A DNA stretch of 64,000 nt from Akkermansiaceae bacterium (GTDB lineage Bacteria; Verrucomicrobiota; Verrucomicrobiia; Verrucomicrobiales; Akkermansiaceae). The stretch lies in contig JAPKDJ010000006.1 in the NCBI GenBank assembly GCA_026421245.1, positions 12,128 through 76,127 of the forward strand. The letters run 5' to 3'. This document shows positions 47,265 to 57,170 of this stretch, in pieces; the first letter of the stretch is position 1, and each line of letters opens with the position of its first letter. The translations under genes were made by a program, and so were the position numbers. The notes beneath the pieces are model-generated. The model saw only the letters and a program-made list of their open reading frames with translations, did no database searches and had not been told where the DNA came from.

Positions 47265-49349
47265 ATGCGTTTTCTCATCTTCATTCTCCTCACCCCCCTG
47301 CTCCTCGCCGCAGCACCCATCAAAGTCGCAATCATCGGTGATTCCATCTCCTTCGGCTCCGGAGCAGAGCAGCGGGAACTCAATCGCTACTCAACCCGAC
47401 TCGGCCACCTTTTGGGAGACACCCATGAAGTCAAACCCTTCGCCGCCTCCTCCCTTTGCCTCCTTCGCAAAGCCGACCGCCCCTTTATCAAAACACACCA
47501 TTTCCAAAAAGCCCTCGCCTTCAAACCCGACATCGCCGTCATCACTCTCGGCACCAATGATACCTGCCAAAACGCCAAACGAAAAAACTGGCAGCACCAC
47601 GCCGACCTCCAAGCCGACGCCCTCTTCCTCGTCACTGAACTCCGTAAAGCCAATCCAAACATCGTTGTCCACCTCTGCTCACCTCCCCCCATGTTCCCCC
47701 ACCAAAAGGGACTCAAACCCGGGCGTAAAGCCGACCTTCTTGAACGATCCAAACATCTCCCCGTCATTCACAAAGCCTACGCCGCCGCCGCAGCAACCGA
47801 TGACAAGCTTCACTTCCACGACCTCTCCCGCGCCCTCACCGCAGGCCGTACTACCGATGGAGTCCATCCCGACACCTTCGGCCACGAACAACTCGCTCAT
47901 CACTACCACGAACTCCTCGCCCAACCCACCGGCACCCGGGCCGATTTCTCCGGCACCTCACGCTCCAAAGCCGTCTGGAATGGCTTCGAACGCCACGACT
48001 TCCAACTCTCAGAAACCAAGGCCAAAGCCATCTTGGTCATCCCCCACACCGCGGCAAAAGGGGAACCATGGATCTGGCGCACCCGATTCTGGGGCCACCA
48101 ACCCGCCCTCGACCTTGCCCTCCTCGACCGCGGCTACCACCTCGCCTACGTCGATGTTGGAAATCTCTATGGATGCGAAGCCGCCATGAAGCGAGGCGAA
48201 GAACTCCACCAATACCTCACCACCCAATTCAAGCTCAGCCAAAAGCCCATCCTCGAAGGCATGTCTCGCGGCGGCCTCTTCATCTTCAACTTCGCCGCCA
48301 AACATCCCGACAAGGTTACCTCCATCTATGGTGACAACCCCGTCTGCAACTTCAATTCATGGCCCGGTGGTATGAACGGAAAACTATCAAAAGGCGACTA
48401 CGCCCGCTGCCTCGCCGCCTATGACATCACCGCCGAACAAGCCAAAACCCACCCGCAAATCACCGCTCCCGCCTTTGCCGAAAAACTCGAAGGCATCCCC
48501 GTCGCTCTCGTCATTGGCACCGACGACGATGTTGTCCCACCCTCCGAAAACGCCGAACTCGTTGCAGCCAACCTCGCCAAGCTCAACTCTCCCCTGAAAG
48601 TCTGGCGCAAACCCGGCCTTGGTCATCACCCCCACGGCCTCTCACCCGTCGCTCCTCTCCTTCGGTTTCTTCTCCGCTCTGATGGACGCGATGCCAGCCC
48701 TGCCTCCCATCCCAAGCCCTCCTCCGAATACCGAAGCGGCGCCGGATGGGGCGGAACCTGGTGGCAGGCCTTCGATCACCTCAAAGCCCAGGCCAAAGCC
48801 TATCCCGAAACCAAAGTTATCTTCCTCGGCGACTCCATCTCGCAGGGTCTCACCGGTCACAAAGACCGCCGCATGACCAAGTGGCTCCCCGAGCACAAAG
48901 CACTCAGCCTCGGCCTCTCTGGTGATCGCAGCGAGCACGTGCTTTACCGCCTCCAAAACGGCCTCCTCGGTGACCTCAAACCCACCCACCTTGTCCTCAT
49001 GATCGGCGTTAACAACATCGGAGCAGGACACACCGGAGAAGAAACAGCTGCTGGCACGAAAAGCATCGTAGCTTGGCTTAAAATAAATCTCCCCGAAACT
49101 AAAGTCCTCCTTCTCGGCTCCTTCCCGCGCGGAAAATCCCCAGGCACCCCCGCCCGTGCCGATATCGCAGCTCTCCACCAAGGCATCAAGCCACTCGCCG
49201 ACAACAAAACCATCTCCTACCGCGACCTCCGCCCCCTCTTCCTCAACAAAGACGGAACCCAAAATGACCGCATGTCCGGCGACGGCGTCCACATCAACAG
49301 CAAAGGCCAAAAAGCCTGGATCGATGCCATTCGTGATTTTCTAAATTAA
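47265..49349 (+). CDS. Exported three-domain esterase: SGNH/GDSL hydrolase + alpha/beta hydrolase + SGNH/GDSL hydrolase
   Basis: Signal peptide MRFLIFILLTPLLLAAA. Domain 1: IIGDSISFGSG, GTNDT, DGVHPD. Domain 2: nucleophile elbow GMSRGG, later VIGTDDDVV and GLGHHPHG. Domain 3: FLGDSISQG, MIGVNNIG, GDGVHINSKG. Start set at the ATG at 47265. Confidence 0.8.
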   Translation: MRFLIFILLTPLLLAAAPIKVAIIGDSISFGSGAEQRELNRYSTRLGHLLGDTHEVKPFAASSLCLLRKADRPFIKTHHFQKALAFKPDIAVITLGTNDTCQNAKRKNWQHHADLQADALFLVTELRKANPNIVVHLCSPPPMFPHQKGLKPGRKADLLERSKHLPVIHKAYAAAAATDDKLHFHDLSRALTAGRTTDGVHPDTFGHEQLAHHYHELLAQPTGTRADFSGTSRSKAVWNGFERHDFQLSETKAKAILVIPHTAAKGEPWIWRTRFWGHQPALDLALLDRGYHLAYVDVGNLYGCEAAMKRGEELHQYLTTQFKLSQKPILEGMSRGGLFIFNFAAKHPDKVTSIYGDNPVCNFNSWPGGMNGKLSKGDYARCLAAYDITAEQAKTHPQITAPAFAEKLEGIPVALVIGTDDDVVPPSENAELVAANLAKLNSPLKVWRKPGLGHHPHGLSPVAPLLRFLLRSDGRDASPASHPKPSSEYRSGAGWGGTWWQAFDHLKAQAKAYPETKVIFLGDSISQGLTGHKDRRMTKWLPEHKALSLGLSGDRSEHVLYRLQNGLLGDLKPTHLVLMIGVNNIGAGHTGEETAAGTKSIVAWLKINLPETKVLLLGSFPRGKSPGTPARADIAALHQGIKPLADNKTISYRDLRPLFLNKDGTQNDRMSGDGVHINSKGQKAWIDAIRDFLN

Positions 49350-49749
49350 TCTCCCGACTCCAAAACCTTCATCACCTCCGCTCGCCAACTCATCCCAGTG
49401 TCTTCTTCTTAATTCCCCGTCGAGCCAATCAAGGGCCCATCCACGATCCCTTGAATAACATGGTGCCCAGGATGATTGGGATACTCCCTTTCAATTCCAT
49501 GGCATATCTCGGATTGGTTTGTCCAATCGCGCGCAGCAAAGTCGACAGGCGTGTTTAGGATCTGCCCCGGCAAGTGCTTTGACAGGGTTCCAGATTGGCT
49601 AGCCGCCCATAGGACCCAATCCCGGAGGCGAGGCCAAAAGGCAAACAATGGCAGAGGGAATGATCAAACCAGCCCCCAACGTGAGTCGGAAACAGAACCC
49701 CATGACGATATTTTCTGGCGATTCTTCAACACCCCCCCATCTTTAAGGA

Positions 49750-50583
49750 ATGGAGAGATCCTCTCATTTTGGTTCCCTTTTAAAGCTCCTCGACGATGAC
49801 AACGAAGAGGTTAAGCAGGGAGTCCGGCGTGCCCTCATGGATTTTGAAGGTGATGCCAGCCACGACCTTGCCGCCCTTGGCATCCACTTAAAATCCAAAG
49901 AGGCCAGGCTCCTTTCTGAATCACTCCATGCCGGCCGCCAAAAGCTCCTGAAAGAGCACTGGGCCATGCCCGTGGGCAACCTTCGCGATCCGGATGGCGA
50001 CTACGAATCTCTCGAATCTCTCCTCCGCCTCATTTCCGATTTCCTTCACGATGGAGTCACCCTCCGTCCCAGTCTCTCTGACGAGCTCGACATCCTCGCT
50101 CAAGAAGCCGATTCCGAGGTGAGCACTTCCCAGGAACTGGCCAGCTGGCTCTTTGGATCAAAACGTTTCGTTGGTAACAAGATCGCTCCTTTTGATCCCA
50201 GAAATTCCGATCTCGCCTGGTGCCTCGAAGAAGAACAAAGCAATCCGCTTGGCCTCTCCCTCATCTGCATTCTTGTCGCCCAGCGATTAGGGCTGACCGT
50301 ATATGGTGTCAACTACCCGGGCCACTTCCTCTGCCTGATTGACACCGCGGAAGGCCCAACCCTCATCGACGGTTTCCATCAAGGTCGCCCGATTCTTGTT
50401 TCAAAACTACTCGCCGATCACCTGGAACTTTCCGAAGAAGCGGCAAAGGCCGTCAGGCAACCTTGCTCACTCGCAGCGATGCTTCTCAGGGTTCTCGCCA
50501 ATATGAATCTCGCCTTTAACAAAGCGGACCGTTTTGACGATGCCGGAATCATCCAAGACCTCATGAAAACCTTCCGACCGTGA
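49750..50583 (+). CDS. SirB1/YchA-like transglutaminase-fold protein
   Basis: SLICILVAQRLGLTVYGVNYPGHFLCLIDTAEGPTLIDGFHQGRPI matches the SirB1 N-terminal domain pattern (..fPGHFl.r....iDpf.G). TPR-like C-terminus. Confidence 0.65.
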   Translation: MERSSHFGSLLKLLDDDNEEVKQGVRRALMDFEGDASHDLAALGIHLKSKEARLLSESLHAGRQKLLKEHWAMPVGNLRDPDGDYESLESLLRLISDFLHDGVTLRPSLSDELDILAQEADSEVSTSQELASWLFGSKRFVGNKIAPFDPRNSDLAWCLEEEQSNPLGLSLICILVAQRLGLTVYGVNYPGHFLCLIDTAEGPTLIDGFHQGRPILVSKLLADHLELSEEAAKAVRQPCSLAAMLLRVLANMNLAFNKADRFDDAGIIQDLMKTFRP

Positions 50584-51410
50584 CAATTAAGGAACACCGC
50601 CCAATCATCGACGATTACCCCTTGTTCCGTCTTGTTCTGACTCCTGATCAAACTCCCCGCGGCAGTCTCCTGTTCTTTCACGGTCAGGGAGATTTCGTTG
50701 ACCGTTATCCCCCTATTCTCGAAGGCTTCGTAAAAGCAGGTTACCAATGCCTTCTCACCGACCTGCCGGGTCATGGGCGCTCTCTCGGAACCCGCGGAGA
50801 AGTTCCCGGTCTCGAGTTCATTGACAAACTTTACTACGATTCTCTCTCTCAACTTGAAGGTCCCTTCATCATTGCAGGTCACTCCATGGGAGGGCTCATG
50901 GCACTTCGCTTTCTTCTTCGCTATCCGAAAAACTTTCAATCCGCCTGGATCAGTTCCCCCCTTCTCGACCCGATGCGTCAAGCCGCACCATGGATGAAGG
51001 TTCTCCTTCCAATGATCTCAGAAGCCTTCCCCTGGCTTACCGTCAGCACCAGAGTTCGAAGTGAAGATTGCGGGGATAACCAAAGCGGTCGCAAGAATGC
51101 TGAAGAAGGAGCCCTTTACCACAGCCGGGTCTCGCTCAGTTGGGGCCGGGATCTACGCGACGCTGCCCAGGAAGTGGGAGAGCAATTCCCGACACTCCCC
51201 TCCAACCTCCCCATTCTCTTCACCCAAGGTGAAATTGATCCCATCTGTCCACCGAATATTCTTGAAGGCCACCTCAAGAAACTGCCAGACAACCAAGTCC
51301 GCTTTGAAATGATCCCCAATGCCCTCCACGAACCCTTTACCGGTTCCACTACGGTCGATTTTCTTAGTCGTCTGAACCGATGGATTAAAGACGAGCTCAG
51401 CAGTGATTAA
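50580..51410 (+). CDS. Alpha/beta hydrolase (lysophospholipase / monoacylglycerol lipase-like)
   Basis: GTG start overlapping the previous stop (GTGA). LLFFHGQGDF..RY, PGHGRS, nucleophile elbow GHSMGG, late NALHEPF. Confidence 0.85.
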   Translation: MTIKEHRPIIDDYPLFRLVLTPDQTPRGSLLFFHGQGDFVDRYPPILEGFVKAGYQCLLTDLPGHGRSLGTRGEVPGLEFIDKLYYDSLSQLEGPFIIAGHSMGGLMALRFLLRYPKNFQSAWISSPLLDPMRQAAPWMKVLLPMISEAFPWLTVSTRVRSEDCGDNQSGRKNAEEGALYHSRVSLSWGRDLRDAAQEVGEQFPTLPSNLPILFTQGEIDPICPPNILEGHLKKLPDNQVRFEMIPNALHEPFTGSTTVDFLSRLNRWIKDELSSD

Positions 51411-53809
51411 GAAAAAAGCGCCTTTTTGAAGTTTTCGGGAAGTTCGATTATTTGCCCCCTCTTGAACTCTTGGGGGGTCTTCCCATCTATCGCGATCTTC
51501 TTCCAAGCCTCGCCATGGATGACCAGTCGATATTTTGAGTATTCCGGTTGAAAGGATCCTTCGCGGGTCTGGGTCAGCACTTCATCCTTCAAGGTGAACG
51601 TCTTTCTCACCGAATCGCCAAAACCATCACCGGCATCTTCATAGAGCGAACCTTCACCCGATCCGTCGTCAAGATAGGCGTGTAATTCCATATGGCTAAC
51701 TGCAGTCGCTGAATTCATTCGGACCGGTGAAAGCGGCAGAATACTGCCTCCCCTGACAAAGAACGGAGTGAGTTCAAGCGGCACGTCCACCCACCGTTCC
51801 TCACCTCCTTGCACTTTCTCATTTGTCCAAAAATCATACCAAAGACCGGATGGTGGATAAAGCCAACGGCCTTCCACGCCCGGCTTGGAAATAGGACAGG
51901 TGAGAAGATCCGGCCCAAGAGCGAACTCATCCATGCGATTGTGACACTCCGAGTCTTGGTCATCCAGATAGATCAATGACCGTAACATCGGAGCTCCCGT
52001 CCGGGTGTGATCTTCAAACAAGGTGTAGATGTAGGGCAAAATGCGGTAGCGCAACTCGATAAATTTCTTCGCAATCGCGGTATAGGGTTCGCCAAACGAC
52101 CATGGCTCTTGCTCGTTCTCATCTCCGGAACTGTGAACGCGGCAGAAAGGATGGAAAATTCCCATCTGCAACCAGCGAACAAAAAGTTCACCGTCAGAGC
52201 GGCCCGAAAACCCTCCGATATCGGTGCCCACAAAAGAATAACCCGACAGCGCCAGACGTTGGCATTGGGCATTCCCAATTTTGAGATGCTCCCAGGACGA
52301 CTGAATGTCGCCCGTCCATGCTGAACTATATCGCTGGGCCCCGGCATAAGCCGAACGAGTGATCACAAATGGCCGCTTGTCAGGAAGGGCCCGCCGTATT
52401 CCCTCCTGAGTCGCACGAGACATCTGCATCCCATAGACGTTATGAGCCTTGCGATGGGAGCAAGGATGCCCGTCAAAGTCATGCCGAACATCTCGCGGGA
52501 AAGTCTTGTCTTCATTAAAGACCGCCGGCTCATTCATATCGGTCCAGATTCCGGCCAAGCCACTTTCCTGCATGAAAGGCGGGAACAGCTCCGCCCACCA
52601 TTCGCGGGCATCGGGATGGGTGAAATCCGGGAAATGACAGGGACCGGGCCAAACGTTACCGGTCATCAATGGCCCATCCATGCGCTTGCAAAAAGCACCC
52701 TTTTCTTTTCCGGTTTGATAGACCTCATACTCCGGATCAATCTTGATGCCCGGGTCGATAATCGCGACCGTCTTAATTCCGTCCTTCGCAAGTTTATCGG
52801 TCATCCGGTTCGGATTGGGATAATTCTTCTTGTTCCTGTTCCAAGTGAAGCAACGAAAGCCATCCATATAGTCAATATCGACATAAATGGCATCGCAGGG
52901 AATCTTGCGAGATTTAAAGCCCTCCGCAATCTTAAGGACTTCCGGTTCGCTCTTATATGACCACTTACATTGGTGGTAACCGAGCGCCCATAGAGGAGGC
53001 AGCTCGGGTTTTCCAGTCAGGTTGGCGTAGGATTCCACGACCTTAGGAACCGTGGGACCGTGCATGAAGTAAAAATCCATCTCACCTCCCTGAGCCCAAA
53101 AGCTCGTCACAGCCGGTCGTTCCCTTCCGAAATCGAAGCTCGAACGGAAGGTATTGTCGAAGAAAAATCCATAGGCCGCCCCATGGTGCAGTCCGATGAA
53201 GAACGGGATATTCTTATAAAGCGGATCGGTTTGAGCATCATAACCGTAGACATCACTTCCCCAAAGTTGACGACGTTGGCCGCGCAGATTCTTGTGTCCG
53301 GGAACATCACCTAAACCGTAGTAATGTTCGCGTGATTGGATCACTCGACTCATCATCACCACCTCTCCCCCAAAGGAGTCGTTTTCATACCAGTGAAATC
53401 CCTTCTCGTCCTGTGTGAGAAGGTTTCCTTCCTCATCCTCAATCCGCATCCGTAGACCGTCTCGAAGTAGAAAGATTACGATCGATCCAGTCTTGATGAT
53501 GTAGTGTTTCTCATCTTCTTGGATCTCCGGTGTTAGGCCATCGTTAAAATTTTCAGCCAAGACCGCATACGAAAATCCGTCCGAAAACTCACCTTGAGGA
53601 GCAAACCGAAATCTCACCGTCCTTGCTTCCACACAAGTCACTTCAAGGGCACAGCCATTGTCGCAATAAAAAATCTGCCTCGACCCCTCATTATGATGAG
53701 CCACCACAGATCCAGGAAAGAGTTCCCCAGCTTCGGCTGGCATCCCGGTTTCGATGTAGTTATCCTTTTCGAAGGTCGCTAAGTCCATCTCCCCGGATTC
53801 TATGCACAC
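51407..53809 (-). CDS. Glycoside hydrolase family 31 (alpha-glucosidase-like)
   Basis: 800 aa. Catalytic region KIDPEYE...AGIWTDMNEP; WGSDV.., HNVYG; typical GH31 N- and C-terminal beta-domains. The start may be at 53788. Confidence 0.9.
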   Translation of the reverse strand: MCIESGEMDLATFEKDNYIETGMPAEAGELFPGSVVAHHNEGSRQIFYCDNGCALEVTCVEARTVRFRFAPQGEFSDGFSYAVLAENFNDGLTPEIQEDEKHYIIKTGSIVIFLLRDGLRMRIEDEEGNLLTQDEKGFHWYENDSFGGEVVMMSRVIQSREHYYGLGDVPGHKNLRGQRRQLWGSDVYGYDAQTDPLYKNIPFFIGLHHGAAYGFFFDNTFRSSFDFGRERPAVTSFWAQGGEMDFYFMHGPTVPKVVESYANLTGKPELPPLWALGYHQCKWSYKSEPEVLKIAEGFKSRKIPCDAIYVDIDYMDGFRCFTWNRNKKNYPNPNRMTDKLAKDGIKTVAIIDPGIKIDPEYEVYQTGKEKGAFCKRMDGPLMTGNVWPGPCHFPDFTHPDAREWWAELFPPFMQESGLAGIWTDMNEPAVFNEDKTFPRDVRHDFDGHPCSHRKAHNVYGMQMSRATQEGIRRALPDKRPFVITRSAYAGAQRYSSAWTGDIQSSWEHLKIGNAQCQRLALSGYSFVGTDIGGFSGRSDGELFVRWLQMGIFHPFCRVHSSGDENEQEPWSFGEPYTAIAKKFIELRYRILPYIYTLFEDHTRTGAPMLRSLIYLDDQDSECHNRMDEFALGPDLLTCPISKPGVEGRWLYPPSGLWYDFWTNEKVQGGEERWVDVPLELTPFFVRGGSILPLSPVRMNSATAVSHMELHAYLDDGSGEGSLYEDAGDGFGDSVRKTFTLKDEVLTQTREGSFQPEYSKYRLVIHGEAWKKIAIDGKTPQEFKRGQIIELPENFKKALFS

Positions 53810-53882
53810 CTTGTGCCTCCAACCACCGTAGATCCACGAATAATCAAAAAAATCTGTGACTCATTCTCCCCACCCCGATCTC

Positions 53883-55100
53883 ATGACCAAACCCCGTATT
53901 CTCATGCTTGGCTGGGAGTTCCCACCCGTCATCAGCGGAGGTCTGGGCGTCGCCTGCGAAGGCCTCAGCCGGGCTCTCTCCGGACGGGTTGATCTGTCCT
54001 TCATCCTCCCTCAATCAGAGCCTGCCTTGTGCATCGATCACGTTAACTTCGTTGGACTTGATCAGTTGGATCGCCAATCCGAAAAAGCTCAAAAACTTGG
54101 GATCCTCACCGAAACCAACTTCGTCCCCACCAACCTACACCCCTACGCCGACAGCCGGGATCATTCTGCTTCTAGCGGTCCTCTCTATGGTTCCAATATT
54201 GATGCCAAGGTGATCGACTTCGCTCGTATCTCCGCCGGTCTCGCTGACTCGATGGACTTCGACATCATCCACGCTCATGACTGGATGACGAGCCTGGCAG
54301 GCCTGGAGATTAAAAAACGCACCGGAAAGCCGCTAATATTCCATGTTCATTCCCTGTGTCACGACCGGGTTGGCCCCGCGTCCGGGGGATGGATCAATGA
54401 GATTGAGAAAAACGCGATACGAGAATCCGATCTGATTGTTACTGTGAGTCATTACACTCGGGAAATCTGTATCAAGCACTACGGGGCGGACCCCGGAAAA
54501 GTCATCACAATTCACAATGGCGTATCCCCGATCGACACCTATCGATCACACAAGCCCTTCCCGGAAAAGCTCGTGCTCTTTCTTGGTCGACTCACGGGCC
54601 AAAAAGGTCCTGAACTTTTCCTGAAAATTGCAGCGAAGGTCATCAAACAGACTCCCAACATCCGCTTCGCCATGGCTGGAACCGGCGAGAAATTACAGTC
54701 TCTCATGACAGGCAGTATTCATCTCGGGATCCAAAACCACTTCCACTTTACTGGTTTCCTTGACCGAAGGAACGTTCATCGACTCCTCTCGATGACCGAT
54801 GTCCTTTGCATGCCATCCATCTCCGAACCCTTTGGCCTTTGCGCCCTCGAAGCAGCCCAGTTCGGCATCCCTGCGGTCATCTCAAATCAATCCGGAGTCT
54901 CCGAAATTCTTCCCCGGGCGCGTAAAGCCGACCCGTGGAACACCTCGCTCATGGCCAGCCATATCGTCGAACTTACAACGAACGATGAAGAGTATCTCCA
55001 CGCTTCGCAGGCTGCCCAGGAAGACCAAAAAGATGTCACTTGGGACAGAGCCGCATCCAAGCTGGTTGACCAATACCAAAAACTCCTGCGCTCTTACTGA
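53883..55100 (+). CDS. GT-B glycosyltransferase (GT4 / glycogen-synthase-like)
   Basis: RILMLGWEFPPVISGGLGVACEGLSRAL, HAHDWM, LGRLTGQKGPELF, EX7E region PSISEPFGLCALEAAQFGIPAV. Start set at the ATG at 53883. Divergent from the GH31 gene. Confidence 0.85.
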   Translation: MTKPRILMLGWEFPPVISGGLGVACEGLSRALSGRVDLSFILPQSEPALCIDHVNFVGLDQLDRQSEKAQKLGILTETNFVPTNLHPYADSRDHSASSGPLYGSNIDAKVIDFARISAGLADSMDFDIIHAHDWMTSLAGLEIKKRTGKPLIFHVHSLCHDRVGPASGGWINEIEKNAIRESDLIVTVSHYTREICIKHYGADPGKVITIHNGVSPIDTYRSHKPFPEKLVLFLGRLTGQKGPELFLKIAAKVIKQTPNIRFAMAGTGEKLQSLMTGSIHLGIQNHFHFTGFLDRRNVHRLLSMTDVLCMPSISEPFGLCALEAAQFGIPAVISNQSGVSEILPRARKADPWNTSLMASHIVELTTNDEEYLHASQAAQEDQKDVTWDRAASKLVDQYQKLLRSY

Positions 55101-56638
55101 AGTAGGCTCTCACCGGTCATCTCCTTTGGCTTCTGCACTCCCATCATGTCAAGAAGCGTCGGAGCCACGTCCGCGAGAATACCATCACGCACCTTTTTCT
55201 CAGCAGCATCGCCAGTAACATACCAAAGATGCACCAGATTGGTGGTGTGTGCAGTATGAGGGGATCCATCCGCATTGCGCATGAATTCACAGTTCCCATG
55301 ATCTGCTGTGATCAACAATTCCCCACCAAGTCGCAGAGCCTCTTCGGTTACCGCACGCACCGCATCATCGATTCGGGTGACCGCCTTTTTAGCCGCTTTC
55401 ACCACCCCCGTGTGGCCCACCATGTCCGGATTCGCGAAGTTGATGATCACCAAATCGTAATCCTTGAGATGGCCCACCACGTATTCCTCGACCTCTTCCG
55501 AGCTCATCTCAGGTTTCAAATCATAGGTCGCCACATCTTTCGGTGAAGGAACCACTTTACGGTCCTCCAGCGCGTAAGGGGTCTCCTCACCTCCATTGAA
55601 GAAGTAGGAAACGTGGGGATACTTCTCGGTCTCGGCAATCCGCAACTGCTTTTTACCTGCCTTCGCAACCGCCTCACCGAGCGTCATTTTAATCGTCTCA
55701 GGTGGAAAAATCGACGGGCAATCGTATTTCTCGTCATACTCGGTGAGTGTGAAAAAATTCACCTTGGGAATGGGGCCGGTTTCAAATCCATCAAAGTCTC
55801 CCTTGCTCAGAAAGACTTCGCAAAGCTGCCTCGCCCGGTCCGCCCGGAAATTAAAAAAGATGATCACATCATCATTGTTGATGCGTTGGGTCTCATGATC
55901 AAAAAAGATCACCGGCGAAAGAAATTCGTCCGTCTTTTCATCGGCGTACTGCTCCTTCACCGCTTCGCTCGCCAGCACATTCGACTTCGCGCCCTTGCCC
56001 TGCACAATCGCATCCCACGCCAGCTTTGTTCGCTCCCAGCGTTTATCGCGATCCATCGCATAGTAGCGACCTATCACCGTGCCGATCCGTGCGTCATGTT
56101 TGGCCAACTCATCCTCGACATAGCCGAGATACCCCGCGCCACCGGTCGGCGAAGTATCGCGGCCATCCGTGATCGCGTGAACCATAATATCCTCGCAACC
56201 CGACTCGCGGGCCGCCTTGGCCAAGGCAATCAGCTGCTCCTGATGACTATGAACTCCTCCATCTGAAACCAGCCCAATAAAGTGGAGTCGATGCCCCTTC
56301 GCCTTCTTAAAGGCCTCTTTCAAATTCGCATTCTCCTTCAGCGTATCATCAGTAATCGCTTTGTTAATTCGGGTCAGATCCTGATAAACGACCCGCCCCG
56401 CCCCAAGATTTAGGTGGCCCACTTCCGAGTTCCCCATCTGCCCTTCCGGCAAACCTACGTCCAAGCCCGATGCCGAAAGCGATCCCTTGGGATACACCCC
56501 CTCCATTTTGTCATGAAATGGAGTATCGGCCAACTCGACAGCATTTCCGTCTTGTTCAGCGGTTTTCCTGCCACCGGGGTTTACACCCCAGCCGTCACGG
56601 ATAATGAGAACGACAGGTTTATGAGCCATTGTTCCCAT
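55094..56638 (-). CDS. gpmI: 2,3-bisphosphoglycerate-independent phosphoglycerate mutase
   Basis: KPVVLIIRDGWG, MGNSEVGHLNLGAGR, HFIGLVSDGGVHSH, ITDGRDT, ADHGN. Confidence 0.95.
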   Translation of the reverse strand: MGTMAHKPVVLIIRDGWGVNPGGRKTAEQDGNAVELADTPFHDKMEGVYPKGSLSASGLDVGLPEGQMGNSEVGHLNLGAGRVVYQDLTRINKAITDDTLKENANLKEAFKKAKGHRLHFIGLVSDGGVHSHQEQLIALAKAARESGCEDIMVHAITDGRDTSPTGGAGYLGYVEDELAKHDARIGTVIGRYYAMDRDKRWERTKLAWDAIVQGKGAKSNVLASEAVKEQYADEKTDEFLSPVIFFDHETQRINNDDVIIFFNFRADRARQLCEVFLSKGDFDGFETGPIPKVNFFTLTEYDEKYDCPSIFPPETIKMTLGEAVAKAGKKQLRIAETEKYPHVSYFFNGGEETPYALEDRKVVPSPKDVATYDLKPEMSSEEVEEYVVGHLKDYDLVIINFANPDMVGHTGVVKAAKKAVTRIDDAVRAVTEEALRLGGELLITADHGNCEFMRNADGSPHTAHTTNLVHLWYVTGDAAEKKVRDGILADVAPTLLDMMGVQKPKEMTGESLLQ

Positions 56639-56733
56639 GTGTTAGAGCCTTGCTACCCGACCGGAAAGCGAAAAGGCGAAAATCAGGCATAAATCACTGC
56701 TCCTTTATTTTTCTTTTCGCTGCACATGAAAAA

Positions 56734-57170
56734 TTAGAGCGAAGCTCCCTTCCCCCGTGTATCCCCTCCGAAATAAGCGTAGCCGAAATTCTCGCCATCA
56801 GTTTCGAACAACAACAATCTTAGCCTTCTCCCCTGATTCCCATTGGTTGCTGCTCCAAAAGGGATCAATCGTCCCATCGGAAAACTTGAGCGCTAGCTCT
56901 ACAAAACCCTCAGGATCGATGTCTGCGGGAATCTCAACCTTCAAACACCTCCTGATTGACTATAAGTTCTACGGTGGCGGCTGGTTCCTCTTTGCCAGCT
57001 ATCACAACACATCCAAACCAATAGCATGGCAGCTGAATTACCCCATGAGTGACGAGATCCTTGGAATCGTAAAGGAGGAGATCATCAGTGACCTCACGTT
57101 TGTCGATGTCATACTCCTTCCCGAGATAAGAGGATGCCAGCTTCTCGTATTCACTCACGCTATCGGACAT
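56734..57170 (-). pseudogene. Possible frame-broken gene of unknown family
   Basis: Three consecutive minus-strand open segments in different frames: MSDSVSEYEKL...ELIVNQEVFEG (56934-57170), then VEIPADIDPEGFVELALKFSDGTIDPFWSSNQWESGEKAKIVVVRN, then DGENFGYAYFGGDTRGKGASL ending at 56734. Third codon positions are less C-rich than in core genes. I cannot assign a family. Confidence 0.25.

Noticed and set aside
49409-49703. Minus-strand fragments in the 400-bp spacer before the SirB1-like gene: a 34-aa TM-like peptide (MGFCFRLTLGAGLIIPSAIVCLLA…, 49599-49703) and a 79-aa ORF in another frame (49409-49648).
   Set aside because: This could be a frame-broken exported protein, but I recognise no family in either piece, so the evidence is only ORF adjacency. 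Too weak to call.
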